A stretch of 64,000 nucleotides of DNA, taken from positions 3,720,001-3,784,000 of the forward strand of contig OZ024763.1 in NCBI GenBank assembly GCA_964016885.1, in the 5' to 3' direction. Made by a program: the position numbers and the translations under genes. Every line of letters begins with the position of its first letter. Position 1 is the stretch's first letter. Under the pieces are notes generated by a model. The model did no database searches and was not told where the DNA came from. It worked only from the letters and a program-made list of their open reading frames with translations. The DNA is from Eledone cirrhosa (Eukaryota). Positions 41,566 through 56,226 of this stretch are shown one piece after another.

Positions 41566-44500
41566 AAATGACTAAAATGACTAAAAAGTAATCATAAATG
41601 ACTAAAACGTCATCATGAATGACTAAAATGGCTAAAAGGGCATCATAAATAACTAAAATGACTAAAACGTCATAATGAATGACTAAAATGGCTAAAACGG
41701 CATCATAAATGACTAAAATGACTCTGAAAGGGCTAAAACGGCATAATAAAAGAGTAAAATGGCTAAAACGTCATCATAAATGACTAAAATGTCATCATGA
41801 ATGACTAAAATGTCTTACCGACATCAGAAATTACTCTAAAAGGCCTAAAACATCATCATAAATGACTAAAATGGCTAAAACGGCATCATAAATGAGTAAA
41901 ATGGTTAAAACGTCTTAATAAAGGACTAAAACGTCATCATAAATGACTCAAACGTCATCGTGAATCACTAAAATGGCTAAAACGTCATCATAATTGAGTA
42001 AAATGGCTAAAACGGCATCATAAATGGCTAAAACGTCATCATAAATGACTAAAATGGCTAAAACGTCATCATAAATGGCTAAAATCGCTAAAACGGCATC
42101 ATAAATGACTAAAATGGCTAAAACGGCATCAAAAATGTGTAAAATGACTAAAACGTCATCATAAACGACTAAAACGTCATCATGAATGATGTCGTTTTAG
42201 CCATTTTAGTTAATCATGATGACGTTTTAGCTATTTTAGAGTTCCTTTAGTCATTCATGATGCCGTTTTAGCCATTTTAGTTAATCATGATGACGTTTTA
42301 GCTATTTTAGAGTTCCTTTAGTCATTCATGATGCCGTTTTAGCCATTTTAGTCATTCATGATGACGTTTTAGTCATTTATGATGACGTTTTAGCCATTTT
42401 AGTGTCATTTTAGTCATTTCTGATGTCATTTTAGTCATTTATTATGACGTTTTAGTCATTTATGATGACGTTTTTGTCATTTATGATGATTTTTTGCCAT
42501 TTTGCTCTTTTATGATGCCGTTTTAGCCATTTTAGAGTCATTTTAGTCATTTATGATGACGTTTTAGCCATTTTAGTCATTAATGATGACGTTTTAGCTA
42601 TTTTAGTCTCGTTGTAGTCATTTATGATGCCGTTGTATCTATTTTAGTCATTTATGATGCCGTTTTAGCCATTTTAGAGTCATTTTAGTAATTTATGATG
42701 TCGTTTTAGCTATTTCAGAGTAATTTTAGTCATTCATGATGCCGTTTTAGGCATTTTAGTCATTCATGATGACGTTTTAGTCATTTATGATGACGTTTTA
42801 GACATTTTAGACTCATTACAGTCATTTCTGATGCCACTTTAGCGATTTTAATCATTTATGATGACGTTTTAGCCATTTTAGTGTCATTTTAGTCATTTCT
42901 GATGTCATTTTAGTCATTTATTATGACGTTTTAGTCATTTATGATGACGTTTTTGTCATTTATGATGACCTTTTTGCCATTTTAGCCATTTTAGAGTCAT
43001 TTTAGTCATTTATGATGCCGTTTTAGCCATTTTAGACATTCATTATGACGTTTTAGTCATTTACGATGACGTTTTAGTTATTTATGACGACGCTTTAGCA
43101 ATTTTACTCATTTATGATGCCGCTTTAGCCATTTTAGAGTTATTTTAGTAATTTATGATGACGTTTTAGTCATTAATGACGATGTTTTAGCTATTTTAGG
43201 GTCCTTTTAGTCATTTAGGATGCTGTTTTAGCCATTTTTGTCATTCATGATGACGTTTTAGTCATTTACGATGACGTTTTAGTTATTTATGACGACGTTT
43301 TAGCAATTTTACTCATTTATGATGACGTTTTAGCTATTTTAGAGTTCCTTTAGTCACTCATGATGCCGTTTTAGCCATTATAGTCATTCATGTTGACGTT
43401 TTCGTCATTTATGATGACGTTTTAGCCATTTTAGTGTCATTTTAGTCACTTCTGATGTCGTTTTAGCCATTTTAGTCACGTATTATGACGTTCTAGTCAT
43501 TTATGATGACGTTTTTGTCATTTATGATGACCTTTTTGCCATTTTACTCTTTTATGATGCCGTTTTAGCCTTTTTAGTGTCATTTTAGTCATTTATGATG
43601 CCATTTTAGTCATTCATGATGACGTTTTAGTTATTTATGATGACGTTTTAGCCATTTTAGAGTCATGTCAGTCATTTCTGATGTCGATTTAGCCATTTTA
43701 CTCTTTTATTATGCCCTTTTAGCCATTTTAGAGATATTTTAGTCATTTATGATACCGTTTTAGCCATGTTAATTATTCATGATGACGTTTTAGTCATTTA
43801 CGATGACGTTTTAGTTATTTATGACGACGCTTTAGCAATTTTACTCATTTATGATGCCGTTTTAGCCATTTTGGAGTCATTTTAGTCATTCATGATGCTG
43901 TTTTAGCCATTTTAGTCATTCATGTTGACGTTTTCGTCATTTATGATGACGTTTTAGCCATTTTAGTGTCATTTTAGTCACTTCTGATGTCGTTTTAGTC
44001 ACGTATTATGACGTTCTAGTCATTTATGATGACATTTTTGTCATTTATGATGACCTTTTTGCCATTTTACTCTTTTATGATGCCGTTTTAGCCATTTTAG
44101 AGTCATGTTAGTCATTTATGATGACGTTTTAGCCATTTTAGTCATTAATTACGACGTTTTAGATATTTTAATCATTTATGACGACATATTAGCTATTGTA
44201 GTGTCCTTTTAGTCATTTATGATGCTGTTTTAGTCCTTTTAGTCATTTATTATGACGTTTTAGTCATTTATGATGCCGTTTTAGTTAATCATGATGACGT
44301 TTTAGTCATTTATGATGACGTTTTAGACATTTTAGAGTCATGTCAATCATTTCTGATGTCGTTTTAGTCATTAATGACGACGTATTAGCTATTGTAGAGT
44401 CCTTTTAGTCATTTATGATGCTGTTTTAGCCATTTTAGTCATTTATGATTCTGTTTTAGTCATTTACGATGTCGTTTTAGTTATTGATGACGACGTTTTA

Positions 44501-47500
44501 GCAATTTTAGTTATTCATGATGACGTTTTAGTCATTTACGATGAGGTTTTAGTTGTTTATGACGACGTTTTAGCAATTTTACTCATTTATGATGACGTTT
44601 TAGCTATTTTAGAGTTCTTTTAGTCAGTCATGATGCCGTTTTAGCCATTTTAGTCATTCATGACGTCGTTTTAGTCATGATGACGTTTTAGCCTTTTTAG
44701 TGTAATTTTAGTCATTTATGATGCCGTTTTAGTCATTCATGATGACGTTTTAGTCATTTATGATGACGTTTTAGCCATTTTAGAGTCATGTCAGTCATTT
44801 CTGATGTCGTTTTAGCCATTTTACTCTTTTATTATGCCGTTTTAGCCATTTTAGAGACATTTTAGTCATTTATGATACCGTTTTAGCCATGTTAATTATT
44901 TATGATGACGTTTTAGTCATTTACGATGACGTTTTAGTTATTTATGACGACGCTTTAGCAATTTTACTCATTTATGATGCCGTTTTAGCCATTTTGGAGT
45001 CATTTTAGTCATTCATGATGCTGTTTTAGCCATTTTAGTCATTCATGAGGACGTTTTAGTCATTTACGATGACGTTTTAGTTATTTATGATAACGTTTTA
45101 GCTATTTTAGTCATTCATGATGACGTTTTAGTTATTTACGATGAGGTTTTAGTTATTTATGACGACGTTTTAGCAATTTTACTCATTTATGATGACGTTT
45201 TAGCTATTTTAGAGTTCTTTTAGTCAGTCATGATGCCGTTTTAGCCATTTTAGTCATTCATGATGTCGTTTTAGGCATTTATGATGACGTTTTAGTTATT
45301 TATGACAACGCTTTAGCAATTTTACTCATTTATGATGCCACTTTAACCATTTTAGTCATTTACGATGCCGTTTTAGTTATTGATGACGACGTTTTAGCAA
45401 TTTTAGTTATTCATGATGACGTTTTAGTCATTTACGATGAGGTTTTAGTTGTTTATGACGACGTTTTAGCAATTTTACTCATTTATGATGACGTTTTAGC
45501 TATTTTAGAGTTCTTTTAGTCAGTCATGATGCCGTTTTAGCCATTTTAGTCATTCATGACGTCGTTTTAGTCATGATGACGTTTTAGCCTTTTAAGTGTA
45601 ATTTTAGTCATTTATGATGCCGTTTTAGTCATTCATGATGACGTTTTAGTCATTTATGATGACGTTTTAGCCATTTTAGAGTCATGTCAGTCATTTCTGA
45701 TGTCGTTTTAGCCATTTTACTCTTTTATTATGCCGTTTTAGCCATTTTAGAGACATTTTAGTCATTTATGATACCATTTTAGCCATGTTAATTATTTATG
45801 ATGACGTTTTAGTCATTTACGATGACGTTTTAGTTATTTATGACGACGCTTTAGCAATTTTACTCATTTATGATGCCGTTTTAGCCATTTTGGAGTCATT
45901 TTAGTCATTCATGATGCTGTTTTAGCCATTTTAGTCATTCATGAGGACGTTTTAGTCATTTACGATGACGTTTTAGTTATTTATGATAACGTTTTAGCTA
46001 TTTTAGTCATTCATGATGACGTTTTAGTTATTTACGATGAGGTTTTAGTTATTTATGACGACGTTTTAGCAATTTTACTCATTTATGATGACGTTTTAGC
46101 TATTTTAGAGTTCTTTTAGTCAGTCATGATGCCGTTTTAGCCATTTTAGTCATTCATGATGTCGTTTTAGGCATTTATGATGACGTTTTAGTTATTTATG
46201 ACAACGCTTTAGCAATTTTACTCATTTATGATGCCGCTTTAACCATTTTAGTCATTTATGATGACGTTTTAGCCATTTTAGAGTCATTTTAGTAATTCAT
46301 GATGCCGTTTTAGCCATTTTAGTTAATCATGATGACGTTTTAGCTATTTTAGAGTTCTTTTAGTCATTCATGATGCCGTTTTAGCCATTATAGTCATTCA
46401 TGTTGACGTTTTAGTCATTTATGATGACGTTTTAGCCATTTTAGTGTCATTTTAGTCACTTCTGATGTCGTTTTAGCCATTTTAGTCACGTATTTTGACG
46501 TTTTAGTCATTTATGATGACGTTTTTGTCATTTATGATGACCTTTTTGCCATTTTACTCTTTTATGATGCCGTTTTAGCCATTTTAGAGTCATATTAGTA
46601 ATTTATGATGACGTTTTAGCCATTTTAGTCATTAATTACGGCGTTTTAGCTATTTTGAGTCCTTTTAGTCATTTTTGATGCTGTTTTAGTCCTTTTAGTC
46701 ATTTATTATGACGTTTTAGTCATTTATGATACCGTTTTAGTCATTTTAGAGTCATGTCAGTCTTTTCTAATGTCGTTTTAGCCATTTTAGTCATTAATAA
46801 CGACGTATTAGCTATTGTAGAGTCCTTTTAGTCATTTATGATGCTGTTTTAGCCATTTTATTCATTTATGATGATATTTTAGTCATTTATGACGACGTTT
46901 TAGCAATTTTACTCAATTATGATGCCGTTTTAACCATTTTAGAGTCATCTTAGTTATTCATGATGCCGTTTTAGTCATTCATGATGACGTTTTAGTCATT
47001 TATGATGACGTTTTAGCCATTTTAGTGTCATGTAGTCATTTATGATGCCACTTTAGCGATTTTAATCATTTATGATGAGGTTTTAGCCACTTTAGAGTCA
47101 GTTTAGTAATTTATGATGCTGTTTTAGCCATTTTAGTCATTCATGATGACGTCTTAATCATTTACGATGACGTTTTAGTTATTTATGATAACGTTTTAGC
47201 TATTTTACTCCTTTATGATGCCGTTTTAGCCATTTTTGTTAATCATGATGACGTTTGAGCTATTTTAGAGTTCTTTTAGTCATTCATGATGCCGTTTTAG
47301 CCATTCATGATGACGTTTTAGTCCTTTATGATTGCGTTTTAGTAATTTTAGTCATTTATGATGCCGTTTTAGCCATTTTACTCTTTTATTATGCCGTTTT
47401 AGCCATTTTAGAGACATTTTAGTCATTCATGATGACGTTTTAGCTATTTTAGTGTCAGTTTAGTCATTAATGATGCCCTTTTAGCCATTTTACTCATTCA

Positions 47501-50500
47501 TGATGACGTTTTAGTCATTTACGATGACGTTTTAGTTATTTATGACGACGCTTTAGCGATTTTACTCATTTATGATGCCGCTTTAGCCATTTAGAGTCAT
47601 TTTAGTAATTTATGATGACGTTTTAGCCATTTTAGTCATTAATGACGACGTTTTAGCTATTTTAGGGTCCTTTTAGTCATTTAGGATGCTGTTTTAGCCA
47701 TTTTTATCATTCATGATGACGTTTTAGTCATTTACGATGACGTTTTAGTTATTTATGACGACGTTTTAGCAATTTTACTCATTTATGATGACGTTTTAGC
47801 TATTTTAGAGTTCTTTTAGTCAGTCATGATGCCGTGTTAGCCATTTTAGTCATTCATGATGTCGTTTTAGTCATTTATGATGACGTTTTAGCCATTTTAG
47901 TGTCATTTTAGTCATTTATGATACCGTTTTAGTCATTCATGATGACGTTTTAGTCATTTATGATGACGTTTAGCCATTTTAGAGTCATCTCAGTAATTTC
48001 TGATGTCGTTTTAGGCAGTTTACTCTTTTATTATACCGTTTTAGCCATTTTAGAGACATTTTAGTCATTTATGATACCATTTTAGCCATGTTAGTCATTC
48101 ATGATGACGTTTTAGTCATTTACGATGACGTTTTAGTTATTTATGACGACGCTTTAGCAATTTTACTCATTTATGATGCCGTTTTAATCATTTTAGTCAT
48201 TTATCATGACGTTTTAGCCATTTTAGAGTCATTTTAGTAATTCATGATGCCGTTTTAGCCATTGTAGTTAATCATGATGACGTTTTAGCTATTTTGGAGT
48301 CATTTTAGTCATTCATGATGCTGTTTTAGCCATTTTAGTCATTCATGAGGACGTTTTAGTCATTTACGATGACGTTTTAGCCATTTTAGTGTCATTTTAG
48401 TCATTTATGATACCGTTTTAGTCATTCATGATGACGTTTTAGTCATTTATAATGACGTTTAGCCATTTTAGAGTCATCTCAGTCATTTCTGATGTCGTTT
48501 TAGCCATTTTACTCTTTTATTATGCCGTTTTAGCCATTTTAGAGACATTTTAGTCATTTATGATACCATTTTAGCCATGTTAGTCATTTATGATGACGTT
48601 TTAGTCATTTACGATGACGTTTTAGTTATTTATGACGCCGCTTTAGCAATTTTACTCATTTATGATGCCGTTTTAACCATTTTAGTCATTTATGATGCCG
48701 TTTTAGTCATTTATGATGACGTTTTAATCTGTTATGATGACGTTTTAGCCATTTTAGAGTCATGTTAGTTATTTATGATGCCATTTTAGCGATTTTAGTC
48801 ATTAATGATGACGTTTTAGCTATTTTAGTGTCAGTTTAGTCTTTTATGATGCACTTTTAGCCATTTTAGTCATTCATGATGACGTTTTAGTCATTTACGA
48901 TGACGTTTTAGTTATTTATGATAACGTTTTCGCAATTTTACGCATTTATGATGACGTTTTAGCTATTTTAGATTTCTTTTAGTCATTCATGATGCCGCTT
49001 TAGCCATTTTAGTCATTCATGATGACGTTTTAGTAATTTATTATGACGTTTTAGCCATTTTAGTGTCATTTTAGTCATTTTTGATTTCGTTTTAGTCATT
49101 TATTATGACGTTTTAGTCATTTATGATGACGTTTTGGTCATATACGATGACCTTTTTGCCATTTTACTCTTTTATGATGCCGTTTTAGCCATTTTAGAGT
49201 CATTTTAGTCATTTATGACGATGTTTAACTATTTTAGAGTAATTTTAGTCATTTATGATGCTGTTTTAGCTATTTTAGTCAATTATGATGACGTTTAAGC
49301 TATTTTAGAGTTCTTTTAGTCATTTATGATGCCGTTTTAGTAATTTATGATGACGTTTTAGTCATTCATGATGACGTTTTAGTAATTTATGATGCCGTTT
49401 TAACCATTTTAGAGTCATTTTAGTCATTTATAGTTATTTTAGAGTTCTTTTAGTTAGTCATGATGCCCTTTTAGCCATTTTAGTCATTCATGATGACGTT
49501 TTAGTCATTTATGATGACGTTTTAGCCATTTTAGTGTCATTTTAGTCATTTCTGATGTCGTTTTAGCCATTTTAGTCATTTATTATGATGTTTTAGTCAT
49601 TTATGATGACGTTTTTGTCATTTATGATGACGTTTTAGCTATTTTACTCTTTTATGATGCCGTTTTAGCCATTTTAGGCATTCATTATGACGTTTTAGTC
49701 ATTTATTATGACGTTTTAAAAAATTCTACTCATTTATAATGCCGTTTTAGTATTTTAGAGTCATTTTAGTCATTTGTGATGCCGTTTTAGCCATTTTAGT
49801 CATCTATGATGACGTTTTAGCTATTTTAGTGTTAATTTAGTTATTTCTGATGTCGTTTTAGCCATTTTGGTAATTAATTTTGACGTTTTAGTCATTTATG
49901 ATGACCTTTTTGTCATTTATGATGACGTTTTAGCTAATTTACTCTTTTATGATGCCGTTTTAGCCATTTTAGAGTCATTTTAGTCAATTATGATGCCGTT
50001 TTAGCAATTTTAGTGTCATTTTAGTAATTTATGATGCCTTTTAGCCATTTTAGTCATTTATGATGACGTTTTAGCCATTTTAGTCATTAATGATGACGAT
50101 TTAGCTATTTTAGAGACCTTTTAGTCATTTATGATGCTGATTTAGCCATTTTAGCGTCATGTTAGTCATTTATGATGCCGTTTTAACCATTTTAGTGTCA
50201 TTTTAGTAATTTATGATGATGTTTTAGCCATTTTAGTCATTCATGATGACGTTTTAACAATTTTAGTCCTTAATGGTGACGTTTTAGCTATTTTAGAGTC
50301 ATTTTAGTTATTTAGGATGCCGTTTTAGCCAATTTACTCATTGATGATGACGTTTTAGTCATTTATGATGACGTTTTAGCCATTTCACTCATGATCCCGT
50401 TTTAGCCATTTTTGAGTCATTTTAGTTATTTATGATACCGTTTTAATTATTTTAGTCATTTATGATGATGTTTTAGCCATTTTGGTGTCATTTTAGTCAT

Positions 50501-51040
50501 TTCTGATGTCGTTTTAGCCATTTTAGTCATTCATTATGACGTGTTAGTCATTTATGATGACGTTTTAGTCGTTTATTATGACGTTTTAGCCATTTTAGAG
50601 TCATTTTACTCATTTATGATGCTGTTTTAGCCATTTTTGTCATTCATAATGACGTTTTAGTCATTTATGATGACGTTTTAGTTATTTATGACGACGTTTT
50701 AGCCATTTTACTCTTTTATGATGCCATTTTATCTATTTTAGAGTTATTTTTGTCATTTCTGATGTCGTTTTAGCCATTTTAGTCATTCATGATTATGTTT
50801 TCATCATTTATGATGACGTTTTAATCATTCTAAAAAGGCTATATTGAATCTAAAATGGCTAAAACGGCATCATAAATGACTAAAATGACACTAAAATGGC
50901 TAAAACCGCATCATAAATGAATAAAATGACTCTTAAATGACTAAAACTGTATCAAAAATTGACTAAAATGACTCTAAAATGGCTAAAACGGCATTATAAA
51001 TGAAGAAAATGACTCTAAAATGGCTAAAACGGCATCATTC
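41566..51040. repeat. About 9.5-kb AT-rich satellite of 10-21-bp subunits with two orientation switches
   Basis: gtcatttatgatgacgtttta / gccatttta units; reverse orientation at 41566-42185 and about 50845-51040; 896-bp higher-order duplication (44481/45377, 45044/45940). Confidence 0.95.
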
Positions 51041-53045
51041 AAATAAGACAGTTTCAGTCCTGTAGAAGCCATTTCTCTATTAAATGTTGTATATACAGTA
51101 CTATTACATTTGAGTGTGACAGTTCTAGAACTGTATATGTCATATCCATATTAAATATTGTATATACAGTACTATTTCTTTTGAATAAGTCATATCCAAG
51201 CCTGTAGAAGCCAATTCTATATTTAATATTGTATATACGCTACTATTTCCTTCGAATTAGACACTTCTATAATTTTAGTAGCAATTTCTATATCAAAAAT
51301 TGTATATACTCTACTAACTCACTCGAATGAGTTAGTTCTAGTATTGCAGAAGCCAGTTCTATATTAAAATATTGTATATACTCTACTATTTCCTTCAAAT
51401 TAGAGAGTTTTAGTGCTGTAGAACCCATTTCTACATTAAATATTGTATATACACTACTATTTACTTCGAATAAGACAGTTTTAGATCTGTAGAACCCATT
51501 TCTATATTACATATTGTATATACTCTACTATTTCCTTCGAATGAGACAGTTCTAGCCGTGTAGAAGCCATTTCTAAATTAAATATTGTATATACACTCCT
51601 ATTTTTTCCTAATAAAACACTTTTAACCCTGTAGAAGCCAAGTCTAAATTAAATATTGTATATTTAGTACTATTTCTTTCGAATGAGACATTTCTAGACC
51701 TGTAGAAACCAATTCTACATTAAATATTGTATATAGAGTACAATTTCTGTCGAATTAGACAGTTCTATAGTTTTAGAAGCAATTTCAATATCAAATATTG
51801 TATATACTCTACTATTTCATTCGAATTAGAGAGTTATCGTGCTGTAGAACCCATTTTTACATTACATATTGTATATACTCTACTATTTCCTTCGAATAAG
51901 ACAGTTTTAGATCTTTAGATGCCATTTCTATATTAAATATTGTATATACTCTACTAATCCACTTGAATGAGATGGTTGTAGGCCTGTAGAAGCCATTTCT
52001 TTATTAAATATTGTATATAATGTAGTATTTACTTTTGAATGATACAATTCTAGTCCTGTAGAAGCCATTTCTATAATAAATGTTGTTTATACTCAATTAA
52101 TTCACTTGAATGAGACAGTACTTGTTCTGCAGAAGACAGTTCTATCTTAAATAGACAGTCCTAGAGTTTTAAAACTCGAATGAGACAGTCCTAGAGTTTT
52201 AAAAGCAATTTCTATATTAAATATTGTATATACTCTACTATTTCATTCAAATAAGACAGTTTCAGTCCTGTAGAAGCCATTTCTCTATTAAATATTGTAC
52301 ATATTCTACTGTTTCCTTCGAATGAGACAATTCTAGTCCTGTAGAAGCCATTTCTAAATTATATGTTGTATATACACTAGTATTTCTTTTGAAACAGACA
52401 GTTGTAGTCCTGTAGAAGCCAATTCTATAATAAATAATGTATATACTCTACTATTTCCTTCGAATTAGAGATTTATAGTCCTGTAGAAAAAGTTTCTATA
52501 TTAAATATTGTATATACTCTACTATTTGCTTTGAATAACACAGTTTTATTCCTGTAGAAGCCATTTCGTTATGAAATATTGTATTTACTCTAGTATTTCT
52601 TTTGAATGTTACATTTCTAGTCCTGTAGAAGCTATTTCTCTATTAAATATTGTATATACTCTACTATTTCATTCGAATGAGACTGTTCTACGACTTTAGA
52701 AGCTATTTCTTTATGAAATATTGTATATACTGTACTATTTCCTTTGAATTATAGAGTTTTAATGCTGTAGAACCCATTTCTATATTAAATATTGTATATA
52801 ATCAATCATTTGCTTTGAATGAGACAGTTCTAGAGTTTTAGAAGCCATTTCTATATTAAATATTGTATATACTCTACTATTTCCTTCAAATGAGACAGTC
52901 CTAGAGTTTTAGAAGCAATTTCTATATTAAATATTGTGTATACTCTACTATTTCATTAAAATAAGACAGTTTCAGTCCTGTAGAAGCCATTTTTCTATTA
53001 AATATTGTATATACAGTACTATTACATTTGACTGAGACAGTTCTG
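51040..53045. repeat. About 71-bp satellite, about 28 diverged units
   Basis: Consensus cctgtagaagccatttctatattaaatattgtatatactctactatttccttcgaatgagacagttctagt; tgtagaag at 51061 and 51203 (2 x 71). Confidence 0.9.
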
Positions 53046-53140
53046 TTTAGTACATTATAGAGAATATTAAATATCAGTCCATGCTGTAATGTGGCCGTGT
53101 AGGTAACACAGTAAAAACCTTCCAGTCCACACTGTAAACA

Positions 53141-54340
53141 TGCATGCTTCAGCTGCTTGGAAAAGAAAGCAAGAGGTTGAAGCTGTTGTTGGTGATGCTG
53201 TTGCAATACTGCACCTACCGCTGTGCTTGATGCATCAACAACCAGCGAAAACTGGGCACCAAACACAGGGTGAGCAAGCAGAGATGTGTTTGCTAAATTC
53301 TGTTTAGCTTTGGAGAATGCTTTAAGTTGCATGGGTCCCAAAGTGATAGGCTCGTCCTTCTTTCTGTTCCACAGGAGATTCAGATAGTGGAGTTAAGAGT
53401 TCTGTGCAATGCGGGATAAACCGACGATAATAATTTAAGAGGCCCAAGAACTGCCGCAGCTGTTGCAAAGAAGTATGCGGAGGGAGTTCCTGAAGAGCCT
53501 TCACTTTCTCAGGAAGTGGGAATATTCCTTCAGAGTTTATCACATGGCCTAAAAAGACGAGTGAAGCAGTGCCAAAAATACACTTCGCAGGGTTAATGTG
53601 AACTTGGTACTGCCTAAATCGTTCAAACAGTTGGCGGAAGTGCGAGATATGGTCCTCTGGTGAAGCACTCGCGATGAAAATATCGTCGATGTAGCAATAT
53701 ACAAAATCTAGGTCACAGACGACTTCGTCCATAAATCGCTGGAAGGTACTAGCAGCATTGTGTAATCCAAAAGGCATTGTTAAAAACTCGAATGCACCGA
53801 AAGGTGTAGTAACAGCAGTTTCGGGAATGTCAGCAGGATTCACAGGAATTTGATGGTCTGCTCTGATCATGTCCAATTTTGAAAGAAAGTACATCCATGA
53901 AGCAAAGAAGTGAAATCCTTGATGTGAGGAATTGGGTAACGGTTCGGCACAGTGATCGAATTTAATCACCGAAAATCTCCACTGGGACACCAGTCTCCCG
54001 AACGTTTTGTTACCATGTGCAAAGGCGAGGCCCATGGACTGGAAGAAGGGTGAATGATACCCAACTGCAGAATATGGTTAAACTCTGCCTTAGCCACTTT
54101 AAAAAAACTGGAGCATCCTTAGTCTCAATAGAATGTTTGGTAGAGTGAGTAGGGGTATCTACCACAAAGTTCAGGTTCGTTAATTCCAGAAAGGAATGCA
54201 AAAGCACATGATAAGGGTCATCCGAAGCAGCAATGCAGAAGCTTGGACTGATAGGCTGGATTACAGAAGTACACCCAAGCGCAGAAAGATTCGTAGTTAT
54301 GTCCAATAAACGACGTGTCCGCTGTGGGTAATACTGGGAT
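53141..54340 (-). pseudogene. Degraded Ty3/gypsy LTR retrotransposon pol fragment (RT and start of RNase H)
   Basis: HQIPVNPADIPETAVTTPFGAFEFLTMPFGLHNAASTFQRFMDEV...YIDDI...FLGLLNYYRRFIP; next frame LVVDASSTAVGAVLQQ...PLAFFSKQL; frameshifted, no LTRs seen. Confidence 0.92.
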
Positions 54341-54346
54341 CTTGGA

Positions 54347-54690
54347 TACAGTAGCTGTACAGTAAGTGTACAGTAAGTGTGCAGTAAGTGTGTAATAAAT
54401 GTACCGTAAATATACAGCAAGTGCACAATAAGTGTACAGTAAGTGGTCATTAATTGTACAATAAATGTACAGTAAGTGTACAACAAGTGTTCATTAAGTG
54501 TTCAATCAATGTACCATAAGTGTACAATACATGTTCAGTAAGTATATCATAAGTGTACAATGAATGTACAGTAAGTGTACAATAGGTGTACAACAAGTGT
54601 GCAGTAAGTGTACAATAAATGTACCATAAGTGTTCAGTAAGTGTACAGTAAGTGTAAAATAGGTGTACAGGAAGTGTACAATAAGTGACA
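54347..54690. repeat. About 11-bp degenerate repeat (tgtacagtaag)
   Basis: Direct inspection. Confidence 0.85.
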
Positions 54691-54834
54691 TTGATTAATT
54701 GTTAGAGCACACAGCAGTGTTACAGCAAATTAGTGATGTTAATTAGTTAGTGTTAATTATTATTTATTCATTACATTTCTCTTCATATGGCATATATATC
54801 AGTACCTAGTATGTATGTGTGTATATTTATATAT

Positions 54835-54866
54835 ATAAATTTATATATATATATGTATGTATGTAA

Positions 54867-54906
<40 letters not shown>

Positions 54907-55287
54907 AAAAAAAATGAAATTGAAAATGCAACTGGAGTCTTTTTTTTTAAAATATATATATTTATTTGGTTCCTTTACCGGTTTCACAGTTCTTCTGCTT
55001 TTCAAAATTAGAATTGAGATGGAGGGTTTCTGGTTTTTCTCACATTTGTGAGAAAAACCACAAAATTCTGCTTGCTTCTCACATCTGTGAGAAAAACCAC
55101 ATACCCTCCATCTCAATTCTACTTTTGAAAAGCAGAAGAGCTGCGAAACCGGTAAAAGAACCAAATAAATATATATATTTAAAAAAAAAAAGACTCCAGT
55201 TGCATTTTCGATTTCATCTTTTTTCCTTATACTTTCACTCGTGTAGGACACCTCAGTTTTTTTCATTTTGTAAAAAAACTTCACTTT

Positions 55288-55334
<47 letters not shown>

Positions 55335-55345
55335 TTACATACATA
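54835..55345. repeat. Inverted repeat of a dispersed element also present at about 11035-11240
   Basis: ataaggaaaaaa...tggagggtttctggtttttctcacat versus atctgtgagaaaaaccacataccctcca...ttttccttat. Confidence 0.85.
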
Positions 55346-55496
55346 TATATATATGTATAAAGTTATATATATATATATACTTACATACATATATATGTAT
55401 AAAGTTATATATATATATATACTTACATACATATATATATATGTATAAAGTTATATATATATATATACTTACATACATACATATATATGTATAAAG

Positions 55497-55545
<49 letters not shown>

Positions 55546-55712
55546 AACGAGTAGGACCCCTATGGGGTCCTACTTGTTCCTATTACCCACTCTACTACCC
55601 TAAGTATTGAGTACTTTGGTGCGTTATGGTCCACCTGGTTCCTTACCACATTTCCTTCGTTATATATATATATACATATTCATGTATATATACATATATA
55701 TATATATATAAT

Positions 55713-55748
<36 letters not shown>

Positions 55749-55834
55749 CATATTCATGTATATATACATATATATATATAATATATATATATAGACATAC
55801 ATATATATATATATATATAGATATGTATATATAT

Positions 55835-55903
<69 letters not shown>

Positions 55904-56226
55904 CATATATATATATATATACATATATATATATGTAGATAAATCTACCAAGAGTTTACGGTAGTGTCCAATCCGTATGAAGAACTCAATATAATCCGGA
56001 TATCATGGAAAGAAGAGATGCATTCAAAAATCACTTTCGGTGAAAGATAAACGGAATACAGAGTCAAGATAAAATGTTAAAAAAATAATGAATAAAACAA
56101 TGAAACAGTTCCTTATATTAAACAAAAAAAGGTTCATTATTTAACGATCGTTAAATAATGAACTTTTTTTGTTTAATATAAGGAACTGTTTCATTGTTTT
56201 ATTCATTATTTTTTTAACATTTTACA

